Positions 32,701-45,100 of a stretch of 64,000 bases of DNA are shown here, piece after piece. The stretch is from the human T2T-CHM13v2.0 reference genome, Homo sapiens: assembly GCF_009914755.1 (NCBI RefSeq), contig NC_060935.1. One strand, 5' to 3'. The notes beneath the pieces are model-generated. The model made no database searches. It saw nothing but the letters and a program-made list of their open reading frames with translations, and had not been told where the DNA came from. A program made the position numbers and the translations under genes. Positions within the stretch are counted from its first letter, which is position 1. Each line of letters opens with the position of its first letter.

Positions 32701-35700
32701 TAATTTCTCAGATCTAAAGCAAATAAAGCAATTCCTAATTCAAGAGGATATTGTACAAATTAAATAAAATGAATAAGATGTAGCCAAGCACTCATCTGGT
32801 ATATGCATGTTATTAATAATTAGCTGGATTTAGTAGTTCTACAATGCATACATATATCAAAGCATGATGTTGTACACCACAGGTGCGTACAGTTTTTGTC
32901 AATTAAAAATAAAGAAAAGGAAGGCTGCTTTAATGGTGGAAAATCAGTCAAAACAACAGAGCAGGGAAAAGCCATAACTGAGGAGGAGTCTCCTAACTTC
33001 CCTTGAATCCCACTATGTTGTTGCCAAGGAAAGAGAGGTGTGTGCCACTGTCTGACATGGGCGTCGAACCCATGACTCAGGCTTCCATGCTAGTTTAGGG
33101 GTGCAATGGGGGTCTGCATATCTGTTTGTATTTTTAAATGAAATATAATACATATACAAAGAAGTACCTTAAAATGAATACAGTTTAATAAAAATCTTTA
33201 AAAACAAATACTCAGGCAATTGCTATCAGACAAAGATAAATAGAATACTTCCTCTCTCCAGAAGTTCCTATGAAGTTCTCCCCTTTCACAACTCCCCTTG
33301 CTCCTATATCTTGGCTGTGGTTATAACCATTTACTTGTGTGATTTAAAGCTTTGTCATATGTGTATATATCCCTATATTGTGACTTTGTTTAGCCTATTT
33401 TAAAAATTATATTGTTTCTAATTACTTTCTTTAATAAGATGAATGTTTCCTTCTCACATAAAAGAAGCCCGAGGATAGGCAGCCCAGGGCCCATAGGGTG
33501 GATTAAAAATGTCATCAGGGACTTAGGCTTCTCTTTTTCCCTGCTCTGCTGTTTTCTATGCATTGCTTTCATCTTTAAGGTCAACTTATGGTCCACAATA
33601 GCTGCCAGGGCTCCAGCCATCACATTCATTCCCCAGGCCAGAAGAAAGAAAAACCGAAGGAAAGTGTTTTGAGTTTTGTGCTATTACAACAATGCTTCAT
33701 GAACATTCTGTACCCATATCCTAGTGTGCATGGGCAAGAGTTTCTCCAGTGTGTATAGCTAGGCCACTGGAATAGCTGGGTCACTGGTTATATATTTTTT
33801 ATTTCTAAAGGATTGCCAAATTGTTTTATAAAGTTGTTAAACCCATTTATACTACTCATTTTTCATATCCTTGTCAACACAGTGGTATCATAGTTTTAAA
33901 TTCTTGCTAACTTAGTGAACTTATTATGGTTTTAAGTATGCATTTCCTGATAAAATTCTTACGAGAATGATGCTTATTATTCTCATTTCCTAATGAGAAT
34001 AAGCAGCTCTTCATACATTTAGTAGCTATTTGGATATTCTTCACCTTGGTCAACCTGGTTTTCTATTCTGAATCTCTTTTACATGTTCAGCTTCACAATG
34101 CTGATGGAAAATTTTTATTAGCTCAACATGGGTCAGGTGCTTATTTCTGAATCAGTCAACTACAAGATATTTGGTGAATTATTTTAATAAAATTGTTGTT
34201 TCCATATGGAGAGGCAATGAGGATCAACTTTTCATAAAATCAAAGCTGGGTAGAGGAGTTCATATATTCATAAAATAACATATTCACTTACAAATACATC
34301 CTTTTATTATTCTTGACTATGTGGGATATAGATACATGCACTCCACCTTTCCAGGTAAGTACTCGTTTGTTTTATTCCTTGGTGCAAAGGATTGAGTTAT
34401 ACATCTTCCTCAGTTCATTGCTTTCATTGACTTTTATCATCATTGGTTGGTGATCTATTTTGCTTTTGTCAGTGGCCATTAAATTCTAGCAAGGGTCCAG
34501 GGTTGACATCAGAAAGTGAGGGAAAGGAAAGAGAAGATAAGAGAGCAATCTATATTGAACATCTGATTAGTGCTTGGCTATTTCTTATTCATCATTTTAT
34601 TTAATTTTTACAATATCCTCTTGAATTGGGAATTGTTATACTTGTTTTAGGTCTGCAAAATTAAATCATTTACCCAAAGTCTCATAATAAATCAGTGGTG
34701 GAATCAGGATTCTGATTCAAGCCTGACTCCATCCCTTGTCTACTGCTGTATACTCCGAGTACTCTTTGACTCATGAGGAAGTACTTCCTTAATTGCAAAA
34801 TGGGAATTTTACATTAAACTATGTTTTTCCCATTTGCCATAGAGTTGCCAGAAGGCTCAAATAGGAACAAGCATGTACCATACAAATTCTTTCAAAAGGC
34901 TTTGGACTCAATAGTGAAGAAAACATTCTGTTCTCAAGGGTTTTACAGTCTGGTACAGGAGTCATGATTACTTCCCCTCTCACCAGATCTTCATTAGAGA
35001 AGGTAATATGGGGTTCAGTTGTCTTTCTATTTATCTGTTGGTGCTCTCTGATTTGCTCTTCCTGGAAATGGGTTGCTTGGTAGGAGAGAACTGTTCCTGA
35101 GACACGCAATAGGGTGAGGAGGAGAAGCAATGTACCATGGCCTTCAGAAATGAGAGAGCTTGAGGAGACATTCCCAAAGGTAGGATGGTTCATTTCATCT
35201 TGAAGATACCAAAGTAACATTAAAAAAAGGAACAACAAAACCAGTAAGGTACCAAGTGATAAGGAAAATTTCAAGTTCTATTGTTCTGGCCTGAGCAAGA
35301 AGGAAGACACTCTAAGCGGGTGACACAAGTCTCTTCTGAAGAGAGAAGTTCATTTCTCAAACTTCCTTCCCTTGGCCAGTTGGAGACTGAGTTTTTCCTT
35401 ATACAATACTCCCTGCTTAGTGAGGTGATCAGTCCTTCATATTAAAAGAAAAAAAGGCCAATTTGTGCAATTCGCAGAGGTCCCCAGATATAATCTTTGA
35501 CACAGAGATAAAAGTGGGATTGATGGGAGCAAAAACAAGAGGGAAAGGATGGCAAGCCCAGGCATGAGTTGAGAGAGTATTGGGTTGGAATGAAATAAAC
35601 TCAAGACTCCTGGGATCTGAGATTCTATAAGTTGTGACATTAGAGAATATTAAGAGACTGCCCAGTGCTAAGGAATGGATTGAAAGTGGAAGAAGGGGAT

Positions 35701-35888
35701 AAGAAGAAAGAACATGGAATTGCTGGAAACTAATTTCACCACAATTGTAGTTTTTCCTGTGTGCCTGGTGGTACCTATCTTCTGTCTTCTCTGTTTGTGG
35801 GTATAGGTTGCATATAGTAATGGTGCCTATTAGGATATATTCATATGGGAAGAAAGTGGACTAAAACAAGAATTCCTCTTACTTAGAT

Positions 35889-36833
35889 CTACATGCTCAG
35901 GGACACCTGGAGTCTCCTAGCGACCTTTCTGAAGGCGTCTTTTACATCTTTGTTTCTTAAGCTGTAGATCAGAGGGTTCAGCATGGGGATGACCACTGTA
36001 TAGAAGACAGACACGACTTTGTCTTCCTCCAGAGATTTGCCTGAGCCACTTTGCAGATACATGAAGATAAGGGCTCCAAAGAAAAGGGCCACAGCAGTGA
36101 TGTGAGAGGCACATGTGGAGAAAGTCTTGGCCCTGCCACCTGAAGACTTCACTTTCAAAATGGTCTTGATGATGAGCAGATAGGAAATCAGGATGACGGA
36201 GGCATTGGCCAAAATCACAAAATTGCCAAAGAAGATGATGACAATCTCGATGTTTGCTGTGTCACTGCAGGCAAGCTTCAGCAGGGGTGGGAGGTCACAG
36301 AAGAAGAAGTTTATTTGATTGTCCTTACAGAAGGAGAGGGTGAAGGTGCAAGTGGTACGCAGGATGGCTCCTGACACCCCACAGACATAGGCTCCTACCA
36401 CCAGGCTCCAGCAGAGCCTGGGATTCATGGCCACGGTATAGAGCAGTGGGTTGCGAATGGCAGCATAGCGATCATAGGCCATCACTGCCAGCAGAAAGCA
36501 CTCTGTGCCTGCACAGATGGTGAATAAAAAGAACTGGGCAGCACAGTGGCCGTAGGAGATGACCGTTTTGCCTGTGGCCAATGTGGCTAGGATCTGAGGG
36601 GTGATGACTGAGGTGTAACAGGCATCCAGCAGGGAGAGGTGGCTCAGGAAGAAGTACATTGGGGTGTAGAGTTTGACATCTACTTGGATTAACATAATCA
36701 TCCCCACATTCCCAAGAAGGGTGACTAGGTAGAAACTCAGAAACACCAGAAAGAGGGGAATCTCCAATTTGGGGTGGTCCATAAAGCCCATGAGAATGAA
36801 TTCGGTTACTCTGGTGAGATTATTCTTGGCCAT
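35889..36833 (-). CDS. OR9I1: Olfactory receptor 9I1 (intact 314-aa class II OR, 7TM GPCR)
   Basis: Uninterrupted ORF MAKNNLTRVTEFILMGF...RRLQVSLSM with OR motifs [32 protein letters not shown] and [16 protein letters not shown], plus N-glycosylation site NLT. Protein recognised from memory as human OR9I1. Confidence 0.95.
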   Translation of the reverse strand: MAKNNLTRVTEFILMGFMDHPKLEIPLFLVFLSFYLVTLLGNVGMIMLIQVDVKLYTPMYFFLSHLSLLDACYTSVITPQILATLATGKTVISYGHCAAQFFLFTICAGTECFLLAVMAYDRYAAIRNPLLYTVAMNPRLCWSLVVGAYVCGVSGAILRTTCTFTLSFCKDNQINFFFCDLPPLLKLACSDTANIEIVIIFFGNFVILANASVILISYLLIIKTILKVKSSGGRAKTFSTCASHITAVALFFGALIFMYLQSGSGKSLEEDKVVSVFYTVVIPMLNPLIYSLRNKDVKDAFRKVARRLQVSLSM

Positions 36834-36855
36834 GGAGACAATGTGGACTGTTGGT

Positions 36856-36880
36856 CTGAGGATGATAATGAAATAAAAAG
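36856..36880 (-). other. Probable 3' splice acceptor of the OR9I1 coding exon, 22 nt upstream of the ATG
   Basis: Minus strand TTCTTTTTATTTCATTATCATCCTCAG|ACCAACAG...ATG. Confidence 0.75.
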
Positions 36881-37589
36881 AATCTCAGAATTGAAGGACA
36901 GAATCTTTCCCTCTATGGTGGAAGTTTTGGTTTTAATTCTGGGTCTATTTGTAGAGTTTGTTTTTAAGAAATTCTGAAACTGGCTGATTTTCCTTGGGCA
37001 TCTCTTGCATTTTATGGAACTGAGCCTTAAGCTGGTATTTCTGATTCAAACTAATCCTAGTTTACATTTGGAAATTTCTGTAAAGATAAGAGGCATACAA
37101 TTCTTAGGTTTGGAAGAGACCTAGACAGTATCTGTTCCAGTCCCATCTGGGGCTGGAGTCTCACTTACCATATACCCACCACACGGTCACTCAGTTGCTG
37201 TATGAGCCTCCATCTGCAAACAGTTCCACCTGTTGATTCTCTTTTTGGACCTAGGGTTTCTCCTTCTGTACCTTTCACACACTGGCCTTAGTTTTACCCC
37301 TTCTAGATACAGCAATTTTAATCACTTCTTCTTATGAAAGCCTTTCACAAGTTGGAACTGATGAATCTGCTCTTCCTGCCCACCATTCCCTTATAGTACA
37401 CATTGATATATTTTCCGTCTTACTATATAATTATTCAATGGGCAGTAAAAAAATTGCCTAGTCGAATAGTATTAGCTGATAACAAAAAGTCTTTCTTTCT
37501 ACTTTAATCATCACCACCCCAGCTCAGGGGCCATCATCTTCAACATATTGCATTTTATATTTTTTAGTTACTTATACATCATGATTATA

Positions 37590-38070
37590 AATAATATGTT
37601 CAAACTCGTGGACTTGCTACTTTTTTATGACCTTGGGTAAGTTAACTAACCCCTTTGTGCCTCAACTTTTCATAAAATCAAAGTTGGGTAGAGTTTATAC
37701 ATTGTCCAAAATCAAAGTTCATACATTCATAAAATAACATATTCACCTATTTGTAACATAGAAAAATATGCTTATGTCATAGGGGTCTTTTAATTTTTTT
37801 AAGGAAAAGAAAATTTATTATCTTTTTTTGAATTTGAATATGTTTTTATTTTTTATTTTCATAGGTTTTTGGGGAACAGTTGATATTTGGTTCATGAATG
37901 AGTTCTTTAGTGGTGATTTGTGAGATTTTTGGTATATCCATCACCCGAGCAGTATACACTGAACTCAATTTGTAGCCTTTTAAGTATTAATAAGTTAATA
38001 CCTGTAAGAAGTGTAGATCAGTACCCAGCACATAAAGCTAAATAATGTTGGCTACTTTTGTTGTTGCTAT
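37590..38070. mobile_element. MIR interrupted by a templated insertion (37662-37746) and an L1PB 3' stub (~37820-37982, minus)
   Basis: MIR core TGACCTTGGGTAAGTTAACTAACCCCTTTGTGCCTCA; L1PB-type GGGGAACAG...TAGTGGTGATTTGTGAGATTTTTGG. Confidence 0.7.
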
Positions 38071-38190
38071 TATCATCAATTTTAGTTGGTAGCTATTGAT
38101 TTTCTGTACTGAAACATAATCCATTTAACCCGCATGAACTTTGTTAATATTGCTATCTTTGTGTAATATATTTGTATCTTTATTTCAATA

Positions 38191-38192
<2 letters not shown>

Positions 38193-38223
<31 letters not shown>
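38193..38223. repeat. (AT)n microsatellite
   Basis: About 15 perfect AT units. Confidence 0.97.
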
Positions 38224-38229
<6 letters not shown>

Positions 38230-41200
38230 TTCTTGTTTTTTGACTGAGTAAATTTGACCTTCACTAAGTAAGATGAAGAAATTATTCCCTTGTTCTTTTC
38301 TCTCTTCTCCCTTCCACCCCCTTAACAAAAAAATCAGTCTTTTATCCCATTCATATGGGAATGCTTGCTAATTTAAGTCTTCTCTATATTTTGACTACGG
38401 GTTGATTCTACTATCAGTAATTTGTGTTTCTCTATTATGACTATGTACATGCCATACACAAAAAGACTAAATATTGTGATTGGATACACAGAAAAGGAAA
38501 TGTCATTAAACTTCTGCTTCTGGGAGAATCTTTCAAACATCAAGTCAAATAAATGCTCCTTTCTTTTGATCTAACAAATTGGTTAAAATAATTATGTTTA
38601 GTTTGCTTTATATTTGAGTCATGGAAATTTTGCATTTCCTAAGATTTCCTGTTGCCATATGGTACAGATTTGAGTCACCTCGTAATACTGCATAATACCA
38701 TGTTCCAAGTCCATCCAGGATACTCATTAAAATGCCTAAAGCCTTCCTTGGGAGAGTGTGCATGGAAGCCTAGGTTCCCATCTCTTTTTTTTCCCAAAGT
38801 CATCTCTACTCTCCCAGGACCTGCCAGAAACCTGGCAACAATCCTACTGGACAGGTGACATTAGTTTGTTTGTGTTTGAGAAGTGGAGATTGGAGAAATG
38901 AAACCATCCGTTGACCCACATGTAGAGGAGCCAGGATCCACAACCAAGTCTCCAGATTCCATTATCCTACACTGCTCCCCTTGAACCATTTGCCTGGCCT
39001 CCTTAATCTTACACCCCCAACTTCCTCAGGTTGGAATCTGCCAATTCAGAGTCCTTGAATCTAGAACTATGTTTGATGAAGCCATGAATATAGAAATTAG
39101 ATTGTTAAGAAACTCTTTTCCTTGTAGCACAACTGGGAATTTTCTTTGCTGTGGCAACATGGGGATTGCTATTTTTGATAAAATCCATAGTAGTAAAAAC
39201 TCATCATAATACCTCTTTCTACCTTCTTTCATACATTTTATATCCATAAATGTCTGTGATTGCCTCCACACCCCTGTAAAGTTGACTTGATTGATATTGT
39301 CATTATTTTGGCATTGAGACAACTGACAGAGGTTAATGACTTGTCCAAAAGTCAAATAATTAGCTATTTGCAGACTTGGGGATAACAGGCAGGTCCTCTG
39401 GCTTCCATGGGATCCCTTTTTTTACTTCCCTTTCACCTAAGGTCTAATTCCACTGGGACCTGCCAGGAAGAGGTTTTGAACTTGTGATGAGGCCCCATCT
39501 CTAGAATCATTGTGACTGCTTTATTCACTACATGGGTAGAGAGAGACAAGCAGCACACACTTTCATGAAAGGGCTCATGGTAGCTGTTCTTGGGTCTGGA
39601 GCTTACTTCAGCTCTAATCAGGGTCCTAGTGGGAGAGAGACATTGACAGATCACGTCAAACATGTCCCAGGGCTATTCCATCCACCTTGCTCCAGCAGCA
39701 GGGTCTGGGGACGAGTCAGCTTCTTTGGAAGGCCTTCATGGTATGGTTCAAGCTCTGTGGTTGTCACCTCTATGACAGGCACTCACTAGCTGAGTAAACT
39801 TCAAACGTTTATTTTCCCTTCAATATGGACTTCGCTTTCTATTCTATGAAATGGCAGAGCTAGGTTATATGACCACTGAATCTTTTGTTTCTCACAATCC
39901 ATGATTTATATGTCTAGGTATTTAGGCTCTGTAGCTACTAAATACTGAGTATATAAAGCAATGCAGGCACTATTTCAAGTGATTTATAGTTACTTAAACA
40001 TAATATTTTGGGGCCTTAGGTAGAAAATTGAATGGCCTTTACTCCTCAGTTCCTGATAAACCATCATCATTGGTCAGGGCAAGGCTCTTCTTCATTTTAT
40101 TTTATTTTATTATTTTTGTTAGTCCTGCCTCATTCTTACTCCTTCCCCTGTTCCTCTTAAGTGTGCACTCCAGTGTATTCAAAATACATATCCTTCTATG
40201 TTTATTCTTTTCATATTTATTTAGAAATATATGTATATTAAAATATAGTGGCTGTGGTGTGTTTTAAAATTTGTGTACATGATATTGTGACATAAATCTC
40301 ATTTTTTAGCATACACCGTATTTTTGTGATTTGTTTATGTAATTGTGGTAAATTTTGTTTTTTTTTTCGGATTTTGTTATGGTCTTGCTTGGTATGCTTA
40401 TAACATATTTTACTTATCAATTCTACTAGAGACTGTGAGTGCTTTGCATATATTATTTAATTCTGAAAGCAGCCCTTTAAGCAGATATTATGACCTTATT
40501 TTTACCAATGAGGAATTTAAATCTTTGGGAGATTAATTTGTCTAAAATTACCTCCAAGTGAAAGTAGAAGCAGAAGAGTTAGTTGATGGCAAATCCTCTG
40601 CTTTCAGCTATAAATTTGTTTTGTTGTCTCCCTCCATTTTCCTATATCTTTATAATCTATGGAAACAAAGAAATCTCCCTGTAGTTAATCAGAGCTTTTT
40701 TACCTTCAAATCATGAGATAACTTGGTTAATTTCAACACCTTTCTCAGTATCTACTTCTGAAATTGTTGTAGGTCATATTACATCTATCTCATGGCTAAT
40801 TCCTGGGGGTCTCTCTGATTAGAGACACAATTGTTCAAGGCTCCTGACCAGAGATTAGGTGGCAGATTGTTGGGGTGCAGATGCAATCACACTGAGTTTG
40901 TGGCACATGCATGCAAGGCCTGTTTCATACATTAGCTCTAGTCCTTCCTGAAGCCCTCCAAGTTGGGTATAGCTATGACTATTTTATGGATGAACAAAGC
41001 AGAGTTCAGAGAAGTTAAGAAGGTTGTCCAACTTATTATACACCTAGGAAGGAACAGAACAGACATTTGAACCTAGGACATTCTAATTCCAAATTCTGTA
41101 TTCTTTCCATCTTATCATGTTCTCTTTTTAGGGCATGAGAAAGACCCTTTATGCAGATCCAAGCCCCAAACCTTTAAAATCAAAGCGCCTCTCTAAAACC

Positions 41201-42779
41201 ATTAGGCAAATACTCAACTTCTGTGGGCATCAAGTATAAAGATTGATGTTGGAGTTCTTTGTGGTCCATGTTTTTTCTTCTTTTTCTTTCTTTATAACTT
41301 GAGAGAGACTTAGTTGGACCATATCCCTCTTGATATACCCTTGGAAAACTGCTCAACCAATTGGAACCTCAATTTTTTCAATAATAAAATGAGAATATAG
41401 TAACGATTCTTGAAATAGAATGGATGTTTATCTAATATGGTAGAGCTTGCTTATTTTTCAGACAGGCAATTTCCAAAATATTTCCCAGAGGGAAAAATTT
41501 TAGGAGCAGACTGGTGACACCCAGTTTTGTGTGATCTTGTTTAAGAAGGAGATTGGGGTACCATCAGCTTGGGTGAGGCCAAGAGTAGAGAGAAACAACC
41601 AACTCCCCGAACCCAGGACAGTTTATGAAAGGGAAAGCAACGGTTTATGGCCAGTGACTCTTTTAAGAAAGCCTAGGAACATTTATAGGTTGATATTATT
41701 ACTTGTGATATATTTAAATTATAATATGTGACATAAAAGAATATGTGACCTCTGGAGGGGATAGGGAAAAAGACCCCTCTAATTCAGGAGGAACCCTTTA
41801 CAGAAGAGATGGTCCCTAACACTTGTACTTACTTTAACTTGGGATGTTCTCCATACTCTTCTTCATTTTCCTCCAAAGATTGAGTCCCTTGGGGAGGGTG
41901 AAGGAGCTCAACAAAGTTAATGTTTCTCACCTTACTGAAATCAGTGTCTTGAAATATTGTTGTTAACATTTGCTGAGCTCTTGCTCCAAGTCAGGTAGAT
42001 GCTAAGCACTTTAAAGGCTTTTATTTCCTTTCAACTTGACAATAACATAATGAGAGAGAAATATTTTATTTTACAGATGAGGAAATGAAGGTTTAGAGAC
42101 ATTAGATGTTTTGCTTGAGGTTTCACAGCTAGAAAGAAAATATGTTTAAATTCTAACCCTGGTTCTCTGACCCCAGAGTTGGAGTGTTGAATCAACACGC
42201 TGTGCTGCTTTTCCTAATCCTGGCAACCATTTATCGAACATCTTCTCTGCGCTGATCACAATACTATGCATTGTAGACACATTAGTTCATATAATTCATA
42301 CAATGATCCTACAAAAAAGGTATTATTTTGTCCTGGAAGAGACTAGGACTCGGAATAGTTAAGTACCTTGTCCAAGGTCACATGACTAGTCAATGAAAAA
42401 GCCTGGAGTCTAATCCAGGTCTGTCTTATTCCAAAGCCAGAGTCCTAGTACATATGACTAATTCTACTCCAGCATAATTACAGAAAGTAGAGTCATTTAC
42501 AGGAAAATATCTTGTCTAAGCTCTGCAGTCTAGTACCACGCCTCCCACATGAAACTATTTATATTTTCTGAAATCTACTTAGTGACACAAAAGCCCAAAG
42601 AGATTAAAGCTGTAGATTCCCCCCTTACCCACCCCCCCCCCCCAAAAAAAAAGCTGATCCAGTCTTACTTGTATATTTCACATAAGAGCTGAAATCCCAG
42701 TCTGGTCATGGTCCTATCAGATGACAACTTCTGATGACAAAGGCAAGATTCTCTGCCCAGTTACACCTTCTCTAGTTTG

Positions 42780-43140
42780 TGTGGACCTTACTTCAGAGCC
42801 AAGGTAATAATTAAGTCTTAATTACCTGGTGGAATAATTCAGTTGGATTTATCTTGGCCTTGTAGTCAAGCTAAGCTAAGGTTGTTTAAGCATTTTGTAG
42901 AAAGCAGCTAAGATTGCTCAAATAGATGTATGTAGCTGACTGACTTTAGGTTTTCTTCTTACTAAGCAAACCAGTGGGATATTTAAATTGCCTTTGGGGA
43001 TAGTTTTATGGGAGGGATGCAGTGATCTCAGTGGTTTTCCTTGAATCATGAATCAGGACCTGGGACAGCCCCTGGGACTCCAGAGAATAGCCGGCCCGGT
43101 CAGGGAGACCACACTTCAGCAGAGGCTCATTATCTCAGCT
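42780..43140 (-). promoter_or_regulatory. Candidate OR9I1 promoter / first non-coding exon
   Basis: Non-repeat sequence with TAATTA twice (42808, 42819), TAATGAG (43126-43132, minus), O/E-like TCCCAGGGGC (43068-43077) and TCCCCAAAGG (42991-43000), and minus-strand donors CAG|GTAATT (42825) and GAA|GTAAGG (42791). Confidence 0.45.
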
Positions 43141-44367
43141 TCTGCACACTTCTGAGAGAATAAAAACAAATCTTATGGGAGCTCATGAAAACTCGTAAGC
43201 CTTGTTTGTCTCAAAGCTCAACTGCAGACTCTGCTGGGAATGAACTTGGTTTTTCTTTGCCACTGGCTCACCATTCCCAAAGTTACTCAGTGGTAATATC
43301 AGGACTGGAACTCAGATCTTAGGACTCCTGGTAAAGTTCTCTTTACAACGCACTCATCCTTAGTCCTGATGTCAAGTCCCATATCAGGGGCTGAAACCTG
43401 GCTGCATTGTCTGCTCAGAATTTCAAGGAAGAGTGATTATTGGCTCAGGAAGGTATGAGTCTGGGGTGGTCTAAACATACTTCATTCATGTCTATACTGA
43501 GGAGCTTGTCAGCTCACCTTCCTTAAAGATCTATTTCCAGGGTTTCCATGGTCAACTCTCTAACCACTCCAGCTCTTGTCTCTTCCCTCGTCTCTGAAAC
43601 CCATGATCTCTTTGTTAGAACCACATAATTTGGCACTGAACTCCACTTGTCTTACAGTGTTCATAGTTATTCTTTAGTGAATAGTCTCATCTCCTCTGCT
43701 GGATTGTGGGTTCCTGGAGAACCTATCTTTCTTCCTACTAATAACTTGGTTCCTGATTCAGTAGAACCTCTCTGTGTCCTATAAGCTTTCATCAGCTTTT
43801 TATTGTAGGATCAGAACTTTTCCAGCAGAAGAAATCTCAAAGAGGCCATGTGCTCTGTTTGCTTCTAAGTAACATGGCTGGGATAAAAAACCTTTGAAAA
43901 TTAGCAAGCATTCAGGCGAACTAGGGTGGTTTTCATAATTGCAGATGCCAGATGCCAGTTGATACAAGAATATATTACAAAGAAGGGTGGCAGCCACAGA
44001 TCAGGACTCCTGGCAGTTAGCACAAGAAATTCTACCTTCCAATACATTTTTGGACAATATTTATTATTTCCTATAATTAAATATCTATTGAAATAACTGT
44101 GTGGTAAGAGTATATGTAGTGTATTCTAATACTTCCTGGAATGGTATAGAAGGTAGAGTGGTAATTGGGACAGGGTGAAGGAATATGCCAGTAATAAGAA
44201 TATTCCATTCAACATCCCCTGGGGAACTTGTAGAATGGGGTGACTATACAGTAGATATTACCTTCCTTCCTTTTGACACATTGGGGGATCTAGAGTGCTT
44301 TGATGTGTAACATAATCATTACTATTGTTATCTTTAATATTGTTATTGTTATTGTTAAGCATTTCAC

Positions 44368-44644
44368 CAGAGTCTTGCTCTGTCGCCCAGGCTGGAGTGC
44401 AATGGCATGATCTTGGCTCACTGCAACTCCACTTCCCGGGTTCAAGCGATTCTCTCACCTCTGCCTCCCTAGTAGCTAGGACTACAGGCATGTGCCACCA
44501 CGCCCAGCTTATTTTTGTAGTTTTAGTAGAGACGGAGTTTCACCATGTTGGCCAGGCTGGTCTTGAATTCCTGACCTCGAGTGATCTGCCCGCCTCGGCC
44601 TCCAGAAGTGCTGGGATTACAGGCATGAGCCACCGTGCCCGGCC
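44368..44644 (-). mobile_element. AluS lacking a recognisable poly(A) tail
   Basis: Alu body CAGAGTCTTGCTCTGTCGCCCAGG...GTGCCCGGCC. Confidence 0.93.
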
Positions 44645-44685
44645 TCACTCCAGAACTTCTGTTTGGACTTTTGGGAAGAGATGCA

Positions 44686-45100
44686 TCTTAGGTTAGCTTC
44701 CTTAAAAAAAGACCCGGGACAGAATTTTGGGCAAGTGCCTCACTGAGGGAGTGCTTGAAGGAGAAACCTGTAAGGGAGTGAATGAAACAGGAAATAGCTA
44801 AGCAAAGATGTAGGATGTAGTTTCAGCTGGAGGCTAGCTTTGGCCTGATTCTTAGAGTAACTCTGGAATGTGAATTATGCCATGGGCCTAGTTCTGCCTC
44901 CAGACAAGGGATTTGGCTTTTTGCAGCCCACACCAACCATCCATTGACTGTGGGCTGCCTCCAAGTGGTGTGACTTCCCAGGCATTCTGGGAAAAGTGGA
45001 TCCCTTAGCTAATGGCAATTCTCCAGAGAAGGAGAGCTGTGAGCTCTTAGCAGCCAATACTCATAGCAGCTGCAGGTGGGTGTACTGATCTGTTAACTGG
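44686..45100. mobile_element. MLT1-type MaLR LTR (old)
   Basis: Diverged MLT1-like motifs (TTAGGTTAGCTTCC...; GAGCTGTGAGCTCTTAGCAGCCAATACTCATAGCAGCTG). Confidence 0.6.

Noticed and set aside
34819-35274. 151-aa ORF with a signal-peptide-like hydrophobic N-terminus downstream of OR9I1
   Set aside because: Non-ATG (TTG) start and no recognisable family; the composition is explained by T-rich minus-strand sequence.
42620-42652. C-run/A-run (G-quadruplex potential on the minus strand)
   Set aside because: Simple low-complexity tract with no independent support for function.
44258-44696. ORFs with '[15 protein letters not shown]' peptides (also at 5205, 6252, 19198, 47880-48228)
   Set aside because: These are standard Alu translations.
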